Source of the DNA: Acidimicrobiia bacterium | Lineage (GTDB): Bacteria; Actinomycetota; Acidimicrobiia; IMCC26256; PALSA-610 | Length of the DNA: 64,000 bases | Direction of reading: 5' to 3' | Assembly: GCA_038239145.1 (NCBI GenBank) | Contig: JBBSFB010000014.1 | Span: 11,161 to 75,160, forward strand | Part shown: positions 28,272 to 37,616 of the stretch, in pieces | Layout: every line of letters starts with the position of its first letter | How positions within the stretch are numbered: position 1 is the stretch's first letter | Notes under the pieces: model-generated | What the model was told of the DNA's origin: nothing | Database searches by the model: none | Seen by the model: only the letters and a program-made list of their open reading frames with translations | Program-made: the position numbers and the translations under genes

Positions 28272-29582
28272 ATGCTCGACGTGCGTGCGCCAACCGACAC
28301 GCGCACTGTGCGCGTCCTCGGGGCATGGATCGGACTCGTCGTCCTCTCGGTCGTGTGGGGTCACGTGCTGGTCGCCACGCACCACAATCTCGCGCTGCGG
28401 GCACCGCCGTTCTGGAGCCCGGTGCGATTCCATCCGAGCGCGCGCCTGATCCCTGCGTTGCTGCTCGCGTGGGGCATCGTGACGATCGGCCCCGATGCGG
28501 CCCGGAAGCTGGAGTGGCGACCGTTGCTCGCTCTGACCGCCGCCGCAACTGCGCTGTGGGCGCTCGCGGTCGCGTTCGTCAACAGCATCGAGGGCCAGAA
28601 CGGCATCACGGATCCGCTGCGGTTCCGACGCGACGAGTATCTACGAACCGCCCGCAACATCACGTCGATGCCGGCGTTCCTCTCGCACCTCGTGCCGAAC
28701 CTGGCCCGCTACCCGCAGAACGTTCAGGGTCATCCGCCGGGCATGGTCGTGCTCGAATGGCTCCTTGATCGCGTCGGTCTGGCGTCGCCGGGTTGGAACG
28801 CGACCTGGTCTCTGGCCGGGGGAGTGGGTGCCGGCATCGCCGCACTCGTCGCGCTGCGCGAGATCGCAGGCGAAGACGCCGCGCGCGCCGCGGCACCGTT
28901 CATGGTGTTGCTGCCGGCCGTCATCTGGTGGCAGACCGCCGACGCGCTGTTCGCCGGCGTCGCGGCCTGGTCGGTGACCGCGTTGGTGCTCGCGACGGGA
29001 CAACGCGACGGCCGGGCCCGAGCGCTCGCGCTTGCGGGCGGTCTCGGGTTCGGTGTCGTCGCATTCCTCTCGTACGGTCTCGTCCTGCTCGCGCTGATAC
29101 CCCTCGCGGTGTGCATAGCCCGCCGGCGAACGTCACTCCTCCTCCTCGCCGCGCTCGGAACACTGCCGTTGTTCGCGGTGTTCGGTGCGCTCGGCTTCTC
29201 GTGGTTTGCAGGGCTGGCCGCGACCCACCACGCGTACTGGTCGGGAGTCGCGAGCCGGCGGCCGTACTCGTATTTCCTCTTTGCCGACATCGCGCTGTTC
29301 GCGGTCGCGACCGGGCCGGCCGTCGCCGTGGCCTTGAGCCGGCTACGGGACGCGCGCGTGTGGTTGCTCGTCGGAACCGCAGTCGCAGTCGTGGCTCTCG
29401 CCGACGTCAGCGGGATGTCGAAGGCCGAGGTCGAGCGCATCTGGTTGCCGTTCGTGCCGTGGGTCGTGCTCGCCACTGCGGCCTACGCGGGGCTGCAGCC
29501 GTCGGTGCGCGTGCGGCGCTGGTTGGCCCTGCAGGCGGCCTGCACGCTGGTGCTCGTCGTGACGATATGGTCGCAATGGTGA
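28272..29582 (+). CDS. polytopic membrane protein, GT-C-like (putative lipid-linked glycosyltransferase)
   Basis: In ORF 28185-29582 from MLDVRAP. More than 10 TM stretches. It is divergent from the GT2 operon. The family call is tentative. Confidence 0.55.
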   Translation: MLDVRAPTDTRTVRVLGAWIGLVVLSVVWGHVLVATHHNLALRAPPFWSPVRFHPSARLIPALLLAWGIVTIGPDAARKLEWRPLLALTAAATALWALAVAFVNSIEGQNGITDPLRFRRDEYLRTARNITSMPAFLSHLVPNLARYPQNVQGHPPGMVVLEWLLDRVGLASPGWNATWSLAGGVGAGIAALVALREIAGEDAARAAAPFMVLLPAVIWWQTADALFAGVAAWSVTALVLATGQRDGRARALALAGGLGFGVVAFLSYGLVLLALIPLAVCIARRRTSLLLLAALGTLPLFAVFGALGFSWFAGLAATHHAYWSGVASRRPYSYFLFADIALFAVATGPAVAVALSRLRDARVWLLVGTAVAVVALADVSGMSKAEVERIWLPFVPWVVLATAAYAGLQPSVRVRRWLALQAACTLVLVVTIWSQW

Positions 29583-30286
29583 CGCCCGAGGCGATCGCGA
29601 AAGCGCACGTCCTCGTCGTCGAGGACGACCCGACCGTGCGTGAGGTCGTTGTCCGGTACCTGGAGCGGGAAGGGATCGACGTAGCCGCGGTCGGCGACGG
29701 TGAGAGCGCGCTCGCCCAAGCTGCAATTCGCTGGCCCGACCTCGTCGTCCTCGACCTGATGTTGCCCGCGCTCGACGGCTTCGAAGTCTGCCGGCGCTTG
29801 CGGGCGACCGCGCCGGTACCGGTGATCATGCTGACCGCGCGCGGCGACGAAGACGATCGTGTCCTCGGGCTCGAACTCGGCGCCGACGATTACGTCTCCA
29901 AGCCGTTCTCGCCCCGTGAGCTGACGGCGCGGGTGAAGGCGGTGCTCCGACGCGCCGCCGGCGTCGTGACGCCCTCCGACGGTGTGGTCGCGCAGATCGT
30001 CGCCGGCGACCTCACCATCGATGTCGCGGCGCGGCAGGCGTTCCGGTCGGGGAACCTGCTCACGCTGACGGCGCGGGAGTTCGATGTCCTCACCTTTCTC
30101 GGCGCCCGACCCCGGCAGGCGGTCCGCCGCGAAGAGCTGCTCGAGCAAGTGTGGGGCTACACGTACGGCGACACTGCGACGGTCACGGTGCACGTGCGCA
30201 GGATCCGGGAGAAGATCGAGCCCGACCCGAGCGAGCCGCGCCATCTGGTGACCGTGTGGGGCGTCGGCTACAGGTGGGACCCATGA
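29576..30286 (+). CDS. OmpR-family response regulator
   Basis: Tail of ORF 28793-30286. VLVVEDDPTVRE...DLVVLDLMLP...SKPFSPRELTARVKAVLRR, plus a winged helix ending VWGVGYRW. Confidence 0.9.
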   Translation: MVTPEAIAKAHVLVVEDDPTVREVVVRYLEREGIDVAAVGDGESALAQAAIRWPDLVVLDLMLPALDGFEVCRRLRATAPVPVIMLTARGDEDDRVLGLELGADDYVSKPFSPRELTARVKAVLRRAAGVVTPSDGVVAQIVAGDLTIDVAARQAFRSGNLLTLTAREFDVLTFLGARPRQAVRREELLEQVWGYTYGDTATVTVHVRRIREKIEPDPSEPRHLVTVWGVGYRWDP

Positions 30287-31434
30287 ACCTTCACGACGCG
30301 AGCGAGCTCGCGGCCATGGCCGGCGGCGTCACCATCCTGAGCCTGGTCATCGGCGCGGTCGCGATCCGGATGTCGCGGCGCTGGTCGTTGGGAGCGCAGA
30401 TCGTTGCGCTCACGTGCAGCACCGTCGTCGCGGTGACCCTGGGCGCGTACGCGGCGTCGCGGGCAATGTTCATCTCCCAGCACGACCTCACGGCGCTCGT
30501 CGTCGTCCTTCTCGCGGCCGGAACGGTCGCGATCGTCGGCACCTATGTGCTGGGCCGCCGCATCGGGCTCGCGAGCCGAGCGCTCGTCGCGACGGCGCGC
30601 CGGATCGGCGACGAGGAGCCGGCCGCGGCCGCACCGCTGGAGCGCCACGCGCCGGCCGAGTTCCTCGACCTGGAATCGGAGCTCGCGGCGGCGCGGGCCC
30701 GGCTCGAGGATGCGCGCACCCGGCAACGAACGTTGGAAGCCTCCCGGCGGGATCTCGTCGCCTGGGTTTCGCACGATCTGCGCACACCATTGGCCGGGAT
30801 GCGGGCGATCGTGGAAGCGCTCGAGGACGGCGTGGTCGACGATCCCCGCACCGTCGAGCGCTATCTGCGGACGATGCGCGAACAGGTCGATCATCTCGCC
30901 GCGCTCGTCGACGATCTCTTCGAGCTGAGTCGCACGCAGGCCGGTGCGCTGCGTCTCCAATTCGAGCGCGTGTCGTTGGGGGATCTCGTGTCCGACGTGC
31001 TCGCGGGCTCGGTCCCGGTTGCTGCCGCCAAGCGGGTGAACCTGCAGGGTCGGCTGGTTGGGCCACCGCCCGAGCTCGAGGTCTCCACCCCCGAGGTGCT
31101 GCGGGCTTTGCGCAACCTCTTGGAGAACGCGATCCGGCACACGCCGAGCGACGGCTCCGTGATCGTGGAGGCCGGCATCGACGACGAGCGGCCCGAGTAC
31201 GCCTACATCGCGGTCCGCGACACCGGCGGCGGTGTTCCGGTCGAAGATCTCGAACGGATCTTCGACGTCGCGTTCCAGGGCGACCGGGCCCGCACCCCCG
31301 GTACCGGCGTCGGTGCGGGTCTCGGTCTGGCAATCGCCAAGGGGTTCGTCGAAGCGCACGACGGACGACTCAACGTGCGCAACGTCGGCGACGGTGCGAT
31401 CTTCACCATCGAGTTGCCCCGGGTGCGTCCCTGA
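30283..31434 (+). CDS. sensor histidine kinase
   Basis: In ORF 30151-31434 from MNLHDAS. Two or more TM helices, H-box WVSHDLRTPL, N-box LRNLLENAIRHT, G-boxes RDTGGGV and GLGLAIAKG. ATGA overlap with the response regulator gene. Confidence 0.9.
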   Translation: MNLHDASELAAMAGGVTILSLVIGAVAIRMSRRWSLGAQIVALTCSTVVAVTLGAYAASRAMFISQHDLTALVVVLLAAGTVAIVGTYVLGRRIGLASRALVATARRIGDEEPAAAAPLERHAPAEFLDLESELAAARARLEDARTRQRTLEASRRDLVAWVSHDLRTPLAGMRAIVEALEDGVVDDPRTVERYLRTMREQVDHLAALVDDLFELSRTQAGALRLQFERVSLGDLVSDVLAGSVPVAAAKRVNLQGRLVGPPPELEVSTPEVLRALRNLLENAIRHTPSDGSVIVEAGIDDERPEYAYIAVRDTGGGVPVEDLERIFDVAFQGDRARTPGTGVGAGLGLAIAKGFVEAHDGRLNVRNVGDGAIFTIELPRVRP

Positions 31435-32495
31435 TGCGCGTGCTCGTGACGGGTGGCGCCGGGTTCATCGGGTCGCACGTCGTCGATGCCCTCGTCGACG
31501 ACGGTCACGAGGTGCGGGTGCTCGACGCCCTCCTTCCCGCCGCGCATCGGTCAATTCCCGAATGGTGCAACCCCGCCGCCGAGTACGTGTGGGGCGACGT
31601 CACCGACGAGAGCACCGCGGGTCGAGCGGTGCGCGGCATCGACGCCGTCTCGCACCAGGCGGCAATGGTCGGCCTCGGTGTCGACTTCGGCGACGTCGTC
31701 GACTACGTGAACCACAACGACGCGGGTACCGCGATGTTGCTCCGCGAACTGCACCGTGTCGGGTTCCGGGGCCGGCTCGTGCTCGCGAGCAGCATGGTCG
31801 TGTACGGAGAGGGTCGCTACACGTGTGCCACTCACGGTGAGGTCGCGGCGCCGGCCCGAGTGGTCGCCGACCTCGACGCCGGTCGTTACGAACCGGTGTG
31901 TCCCGGGTGCGGTGCCGACCTCGTCGCCGGCGCGGTTCCGGAGCACGCGGCTGTCGATCCGCGGAACGTCTATGCCGCGACCAAGCTGCACCAGGAACAC
32001 CTCGGCCGCAGCTTCGCCCGCGAACATCCGGGTGCATGCGTCACCGCGCTTCGGTACCACAACGTGTACGGCCCGCGGATGCCGAGTGACACACCCTACG
32101 CGGGTGTCGCCAGTCTCTTCCGCAGCGCGCTGACTCGCGGCGAGTGTCCGACTGTGTTCGAGGACGGCGGCCAGCGGCGCGACTTCGTCCACGTGCGCGA
32201 CGTCGCGCGCGCCAACGTGCTCGCGCTGACGACCCCGCGCTCTCACGACGGGCCCGTGAACATCGCGAGCGGTGATCCGCACTCGGTGCTCGAGATGGCC
32301 GACGCGATCGCCGGCGCATTCGGTGCCGGCGAGTTGCGGCCTCAGGTCGTCGGGGGCTACCGGCTCGGCGATGTCCGTCACGTCTTCGCGGCGCCCGATC
32401 TCGCGGCTCGGGTATTGGGATTCCGAGCCGAGATCCCGTTCGGCGTCGGTATGCGCGAGTTCGCCGACGCTCCGTTGCGACAGGGCGCAGCGTGA
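31434..32495 (+). CDS. NAD-dependent epimerase/dehydratase
   Basis: In ORF 30414-32495 from MRVLVTGGAGFIGSHVV. Catalytic YAATK. Confidence 0.9.
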   Translation: MRVLVTGGAGFIGSHVVDALVDDGHEVRVLDALLPAAHRSIPEWCNPAAEYVWGDVTDESTAGRAVRGIDAVSHQAAMVGLGVDFGDVVDYVNHNDAGTAMLLRELHRVGFRGRLVLASSMVVYGEGRYTCATHGEVAAPARVVADLDAGRYEPVCPGCGADLVAGAVPEHAAVDPRNVYAATKLHQEHLGRSFAREHPGACVTALRYHNVYGPRMPSDTPYAGVASLFRSALTRGECPTVFEDGGQRRDFVHVRDVARANVLALTTPRSHDGPVNIASGDPHSVLEMADAIAGAFGAGELRPQVVGGYRLGDVRHVFAAPDLAARVLGFRAEIPFGVGMREFADAPLRQGAA

Positions 32496-33145
32496 CGGTT
32501 GCCTCCACCCCGGAATGGGAGCTCGATCCCGGCCGGGGACGCACGCGCGCCGACGACGGCCGACGGACCTCGATCGTGAGTTCGGCGGGCGCCGTCCTTT
32601 CGGTTGCGGTCCACCGCTGGTTCGACGAGCCGTCGCCGGCGGAGCACGCGCTGCTTCGGCTCGCGGTCGGCCCCGTGCTCGACATCGGGTGCGGTCCCGG
32701 ACGGCACGTGCTCGCGCTCGCGTCGGCGGCGATCCCGGTGCTCGGCATCGACATCTCGTCCGCGTTCCTCGCGGTCGCCCGTCGCGACGGCGCAAATGTG
32801 CTCCGGCGATCGGTCTTCGACGACGTACCAGATGCGGGCGAGTGGCGGACAGCGTTGCTGCTCGACGGGAACCTCGGCCTCGGCGGCGACCCGGTTGCTC
32901 TGCTCCGCCGGACACGGGACCTCCTGGCGCCGGGAGGCCGGATCCTCCTGGAGGCGCAAGCGCCCGGCAGCTCCTCGCGCAGCGAGGACGTCCACGTGCT
33001 GCTCGACGCCAAACGGGGGCCGATCTTCACGTGGGGCAGCGTTCCGATGGATCGGGTCGCTGCGGTCGCGTCAGACAGCAGGTTGACCGTCGTGCATTCC
33101 TGGTCGGCCGAAGGGCGCTGGTTCGCCCGGCTCGACCGCGACTGA
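32492..33145 (+). CDS. class I SAM-dependent methyltransferase
   Basis: ORF 32492-33145. Motif I VLDIGCGPGRH. 4-bp overlap with the epimerase gene. Confidence 0.8.
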   Translation: MTVASTPEWELDPGRGRTRADDGRRTSIVSSAGAVLSVAVHRWFDEPSPAEHALLRLAVGPVLDIGCGPGRHVLALASAAIPVLGIDISSAFLAVARRDGANVLRRSVFDDVPDAGEWRTALLLDGNLGLGGDPVALLRRTRDLLAPGGRILLEAQAPGSSSRSEDVHVLLDAKRGPIFTWGSVPMDRVAAVASDSRLTVVHSWSAEGRWFARLDRD

Positions 33146-33327
33146 CGCATCCGGTCTTGATGCGGCAGTGTTGTCGCCGTCCCCGAGATACCCAGTGACG
33201 ACGTGCTGATCGGCCCGGGAGTAGCGCGCCTCACCGCGACGCAACCGATGGATCCGACGGAACGGCGCGCCGGGTGCGAAGCCCGGAAGCCGGTCACGAT
33301 CACCCGGCCTCGGGAGCTGACCGAGCC

Positions 33328-33993
33328 TCAGTGCCGCTCGCGGCGCGCGATTTGGCGACGCGCCCACTCGCGCCAGCCTTCGGGCACGGCGGCGATCGAT
33401 GCCAGCCGCTGCAGGGTGGCGAGTGACGCGCCTCGTTGCACGGACCCGAGCTCGGCGATGGTCAGGCCGTGTTCGGGTGCGGCGCCCTCGACGATGTCAT
33501 CGCCGGCGCCGACGTCGCCACTCTCGACGATGCGAAGGTACGCGCCGAAGCGCCCAGCCTCGTCGAAGCGATCCACGAAGTCCGCGTCGCCCATACGCAT
33601 GCCGAGCTTGAAGCACGGCTCGCGGGGTTGGGCGACCTCGAGCACCGCGGTCCCGACCGACCAGCGCTGCCCGATGACGCAGGCGCCGAGATCGATTCCC
33701 CGTGTCGTCAGGTTCTCACCGAAGCTCGCGGGCTCAATCTCGCGGCCGAGCTCGTCGCTCCACCACTCGTAGTCCTCGGCCGCGTAGGAATAGACGGCTT
33801 TGTCGGGTCCACCGTGAACGCGGCGGTCGGCCTGGTCGTCGCCGTGCAGATTGACGCCTTCGACGACGACCCGCGTCGTGACCGGCGCCTTCCATATCGC
33901 GCTCGTGACCGCGCGCCCGGCCCACGTCACGGTGCGCGGTACACCGACGTTGACCGACGTCACCATTGCCGAAGTCGTCATCGGGCTCCTCAA
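33328..33993 (-). CDS. MOSC domain-containing protein (YiiM-like)
   Basis: ORF 33328-33993. ...LHGDDQADRRVHGGPDKAVYSY...AQPREPCFKLG... Confidence 0.85.
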   Translation of the reverse strand: MRSPMTTSAMVTSVNVGVPRTVTWAGRAVTSAIWKAPVTTRVVVEGVNLHGDDQADRRVHGGPDKAVYSYAAEDYEWWSDELGREIEPASFGENLTTRGIDLGACVIGQRWSVGTAVLEVAQPREPCFKLGMRMGDADFVDRFDEAGRFGAYLRIVESGDVGAGDDIVEGAAPEHGLTIAELGSVQRGASLATLQRLASIAAVPEGWREWARRQIARRERH

Positions 33994-34019
33994 CGCCGCG
34001 GGGTTGCCATTATTCCAGC

Positions 34020-34400
34020 GTCACCAAGACGGGAGGTCGGAATCGGAGAGGCCCAAGGTGAGTCGGCGAACCCCGGCCCGACGCGACCGCGACGACGAAG
34101 AGTTGGGCGCTGCCCCCGACGGTGCGGCGGTAGACGAGCGACGTTCCGTCGGGTGCCACGTCGTACAGGCCGCTCGCGGCTGCGAACGCGGTCCGGCCGG
34201 TCGGCGCCGACCTGGATGCTCGCGAATGCGGTGCGGCTCCCGTCGGGCGACCACGCGGGCGGGAAGATCGTGGTGGCGGCGAACGACTTCACCTTGGTGC
34301 CGTCGAAGGTGTCGTCGGCGCGGGCTTCAACCGGGGCACATAGGCCAAACCCGCGGCGCCGGTGCTCCCGGGCGTGCAGTAGCCGAGTATCTCGTGGCCG
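34020..34400 (-). pseudogene. remnant of a PD40/TolB-like beta-propeller repeat protein
   Basis: PD40-like strings in two minus-strand frames: ...PPAWSPDGSRTAFAS... (ORF 33990-34292) and GLYDVAPDGTSLVYRR (my own translation around 34130-34180). There is no continuous ORF. Confidence 0.35.
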
Positions 34401-34407
34401 GTCCAGA

Positions 34408-35997
34408 TCATCCGTTCCGGCGCCGCCAGGAATTGGTGTCGGGGTCGTAGAGGGCGATGATCTCCGGCGTGTACGGCCCCGGGCAGGTACCGCAGTTGTA
34501 TGGGACGCTGCGCACGATCACGCGGCTCCCGGTCCAGATGGCCTCGTTGATCGACGGCAGCGCGCCGGCGGCGGTGGTGACGGCGGTCCAATGTCGAGTG
34601 CTCTCGTCGAGACGGAAGAGGTCGGCGCCGCCGACGGTCTGGGACGTGCCCGGACCGCCGCTGGTGGTGACCGACCATTGCGTCCATGCGAGCAACCGAT
34701 CCGGGCCGGCTTGCACCGCGGTGTCCCACGTCAGCGGATGCCGGGCGGGGGAGACCGCATTCGGGAGCATCTGCCAACGGTTCGTGCCGGGGTCGTAGGC
34801 GGCGCCGTCGATGCGATAGTGAGAGTCCGCGCCGTTGGTCGACGCGGGTGGGAACGCGTTGGGGACCAGCGCGGCCTGGCCGCCGAGCACGATCATCGCG
34901 TTGCCGGTCCACACCGCGATCGCGCCGGTCCGCGCGGGCAACGGCGAGGCCGCGATCCGGCGCCAGGTGTTGGTCGTCGGGTTGTACGCAGCGCCGCCGG
35001 TCGCGACCTCGAGGAACGTGTTCGAGACGCCGAGGGTGCCGCCCCACACAATCATCTCCGTCCCGGTCCACACGGCCGTCGCGTCGAGGCGCCCCCGCAG
35101 CGGGGCGCCGGGAAGCACGCGCCACGAGCGCGTCGCGGGGTTGTACGCGGCGCCGTCGGCACACGGGTGCCCCTCCGGCGCGCCGGTCGCGCCGCCCCAG
35201 ACGACGAGCTCACGTCCGGTCCAAACGACGGCCGCTTTTGCGCGCGTGACGACGGGTGCCGGCGGCAAGGTCGTCCAGTTCCCGGCGGCCAGCTCCGCCG
35301 CGTTCGCACCCGGCGCCGGAGTGACCGGCGCACTCGGCGCGACGTGCAGGGTCTCGGGTCGTCTGCCGTCGTGACCCGGGAGCGCGACGAGTGCGAACAC
35401 GATCGCGGCAATCGTGACGACCGCTACGAGCGACGCCAGGCTTGCGCGACGGTGGCGTCGGCGCCGCAACCGCGCGTCGGCGGCCGCCTGCGTCGCGTGG
35501 CGCCACACCGTCATCGGGCCCGGCTCGGAGCCGGTCGCGGTCACGATTCCGAACGCGCGCCGTATCTCGCCGCGCAGCGTCGCGAGCGCCTTCGACGTCT
35601 GCGACTTGACCGTCCCCGTGGAGCACCCGAGGTCGCGGGCGACGTCGGCCACGCTCAGGTCCTTGACGAACCGAAGATAGCGGCAGGCCCGCTGCCGGGG
35701 CGGGAGCCGGCGGAGGACCTCGACGGTGTCGTCGCGCTCCGGCGTCGCCTGGTCTTCGTACGACTGCGCTTCCAGTCGGGCGCGGCGAGCCGATCGCGTG
35801 CCCCACGACCGGGCCGCGTTCACGACCGCGGTGCTCAGGTATGCGGCCGGGTCGGCGATCCCGGCCAGCCCGGGATGGCGGGTGAGGGCCCGGGTCAGGG
35901 CCTCTTGGACGAGATCGACCCCGTCGACCCCACGCGGCGCGACCGCGCGCGCCGACGGGAGGAGGCGCCGGTACAACGCCTCGTAATCGGGGTCCAT
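34408..35997 (-). CDS. ECF (SigE-type) sigma factor fused in frame to a TM segment and a Kelch-like beta-propeller
   Basis: In ORF 34408-36153 from MDPDYEALYRR. Sigma region 2 (DLVQEALTRAL) and region 4 (LPPRQRACRYLRFVKDLSVADVARDLGCSTGTVKSQTSKAL). TM segment ASLASLVAVVTIAAIVFALVAL. Then at least 5 repeats of the type AAYNPxTxxWRxLP...AVWTGxEMIVWGG. Confidence 0.75.
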   Translation of the reverse strand: MDPDYEALYRRLLPSARAVAPRGVDGVDLVQEALTRALTRHPGLAGIADPAAYLSTAVVNAARSWGTRSARRARLEAQSYEDQATPERDDTVEVLRRLPPRQRACRYLRFVKDLSVADVARDLGCSTGTVKSQTSKALATLRGEIRRAFGIVTATGSEPGPMTVWRHATQAAADARLRRRRHRRASLASLVAVVTIAAIVFALVALPGHDGRRPETLHVAPSAPVTPAPGANAAELAAGNWTTLPPAPVVTRAKAAVVWTGRELVVWGGATGAPEGHPCADGAAYNPATRSWRVLPGAPLRGRLDATAVWTGTEMIVWGGTLGVSNTFLEVATGGAAYNPTTNTWRRIAASPLPARTGAIAVWTGNAMIVLGGQAALVPNAFPPASTNGADSHYRIDGAAYDPGTNRWQMLPNAVSPARHPLTWDTAVQAGPDRLLAWTQWSVTTSGGPGTSQTVGGADLFRLDESTRHWTAVTTAAGALPSINEAIWTGSRVIVRSVPYNCGTCPGPYTPEIIALYDPDTNSWRRRNG

Positions 35998-36043
35998 TCG
36001 GGTATTAGACCCGTGGAGAGCCGATCCGGTTGCCTCCTTCTTC

Positions 36044-36514
36044 GTGCCGCTCGGCGGCATGGATGGGTCGGCAGCAGGGAACACTCCGGACATGGCCGTT
36101 CGTCCGATTTCTTTCGCGCCCGCAGTCGCCCGCCCGAGACAGCGCAAGGTCAATCCACTGAGCGCGGCGATCCGTCACGTCGACCGGGTCACCTCCCGGC
36201 CTGCGACCGCCGTGGTCGTGACGTTCCTCGTCCTGGTGTTCGCGGTCGCACTCGCGGCTGCCGGTTTCCCCCAGTCGTGGGAAACGGCGTTCGCGACGCT
36301 GTGCGCGGCCGTGACCACGATCATGGTGTTCACCATCCAGCACACCCAGAGCCGCGAGCAAGCGGCGACGCAGCTCAAGCTGGACGAGCTGATCCGGGCC
36401 CTGCCCGGAGCCGACGACCACCTCGTCCACGTCGAAGCGGGCGCCGACAACGAGCTCGCCGAGCTCGAGCAGCGTCAGATCGAGCATCACATCTCGATCC
36501 GCTCCGACGATTGA
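36044..36514 (+). CDS. low-affinity iron permease family protein
   Basis: ORF 36044-36514. ...TIMVFTIQHTQSREQAATQLKLDELIRAL... matches the family core. The start may lie downstream. Confidence 0.75.
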   Translation: MPLGGMDGSAAGNTPDMAVRPISFAPAVARPRQRKVNPLSAAIRHVDRVTSRPATAVVVTFLVLVFAVALAAAGFPQSWETAFATLCAAVTTIMVFTIQHTQSREQAATQLKLDELIRALPGADDHLVHVEAGADNELAELEQRQIEHHISIRSDD

Positions 36515-36600
36515 CAGGCCGGCTCAGCGTCCCTGGACATGATGCGCTCAAGCGGGAAAGATCGTCGGGACGCCGTCGCTTGGCGACGCCTGCGAAAGGG

Positions 36601-36795
36601 ATGATGGCTGTGCAGCTCGTCGATGGTCGTTACAAATGCAACTGGTGCGGAGCCGATCTCGACCTCCCGTTCCTCGCTCGCGACACGATCGAGATCATCT
36701 CCGACCACGACGGTGGCCACATCCGAATCATCGTGGTCGGTGGCGACGAGCACCACCGCTGCGAACGCCCGCACGGCCCTAGTGCAGGATGTTGA
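36601..36795 (+). CDS. 64-aa Cys/His-containing hypothetical protein
   Basis: Tail of the artefactual ORF 33436-36795 from ATG 36601, with RBS gaaaggg. CNWCG...HHRC. Weak support. Confidence 0.4.
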   Translation: MMAVQLVDGRYKCNWCGADLDLPFLARDTIEIISDHDGGHIRIIVVGGDEHHRCERPHGPSAGC

Positions 36796-37576
36796 CGGCC
36801 CGGGCGATCACCAGCGCGACGGTCACGATTGAGATCGCAGACTGGACCAGCATCGTCAACTTGGCCCATCGGGTCATGGGCATCACGTCGGTCGGGCTGA
36901 ACGCGGTCGCGTTGGTGAACGAGACGTAGAAGTAGTCGATGAAACCCGGTTCCCAGTCGGGCGGGGCGAGATCGGGGCTCGTCATCTGCGGGAACAACAG
37001 GTCGGGGTAGGGCTGGAGCGCGGCGGCGCGATCGACGGGGCCGCCCCGGTCGAACTGCCAGTACCAGAGCCCGAACACGATCACGTTCGTGAACCAGATC
37101 GACGCGCCCGTCAGCAACAGCTGCGCGGGATCGCGGATACCGAAGCCTCGGACCAGGTCGACGATGAGGCGGCCCGCCGATGTCGCGTTGGAGAGGCTCA
37201 TCACCGCGATGAGGGCCAGGCTCGCGACCCGAAGCAGCCGTGACCGTCGTTCCGACCGCACCGACTTGGCTACGAACACTCCGATGAGCAACAGGATTGC
37301 CAGCCCCGGAAGGACCCAACGCGGATGGTTCGCAACGCGCGAGGGGAGCAGCAGCATCAGCGCGATTGCGACGATCGTCGCGATCGTCACCTGTACGCGC
37401 GGTTCCTCGCTGGTGACGGTGCGCCACGCGGTACCGACCTGCATCTGCGCGACACGCATGGCGATCCGGGGGTCGACGAAGCGCTCCAGGTTCCTCAGGA
37501 GACCGCGCAGGTCTTCGGCCGGGTCCCCGCCGGACGGCTCGTCGGTCGCATCGCCCCCGGGATCGTCGGTCGTCAT
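36779..37576 (-). CDS. DUF1345-like integral membrane protein
   Basis: ORF 36779-37576. Several TM helices and ...IWFTNVIVFGLWYWQFD...FIDYFYVSFTNATAFSPTD... Confidence 0.7.
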   Translation of the reverse strand: MTTDDPGGDATDEPSGGDPAEDLRGLLRNLERFVDPRIAMRVAQMQVGTAWRTVTSEEPRVQVTIATIVAIALMLLLPSRVANHPRWVLPGLAILLLIGVFVAKSVRSERRSRLLRVASLALIAVMSLSNATSAGRLIVDLVRGFGIRDPAQLLLTGASIWFTNVIVFGLWYWQFDRGGPVDRAAALQPYPDLLFPQMTSPDLAPPDWEPGFIDYFYVSFTNATAFSPTDVMPMTRWAKLTMLVQSAISIVTVALVIARAVNILH

Positions 37577-37616
37577 CGGTCAGGATTCTGGTGCATGCGA
37601 CGACTACCGTCGTGGC

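Noticed and set aside
33436-36795. 1119-aa ORF on the + strand, the longest in the track
   Set aside because: The translation is Arg/Gly/Pro/Ala-rich low complexity. It is antisense to well-supported genes (MOSC, sigma-Kelch) and in a different frame from the iron-permease gene. This is a typical high-GC artefact. Only its last 64 codons (36601-36795) might be real.
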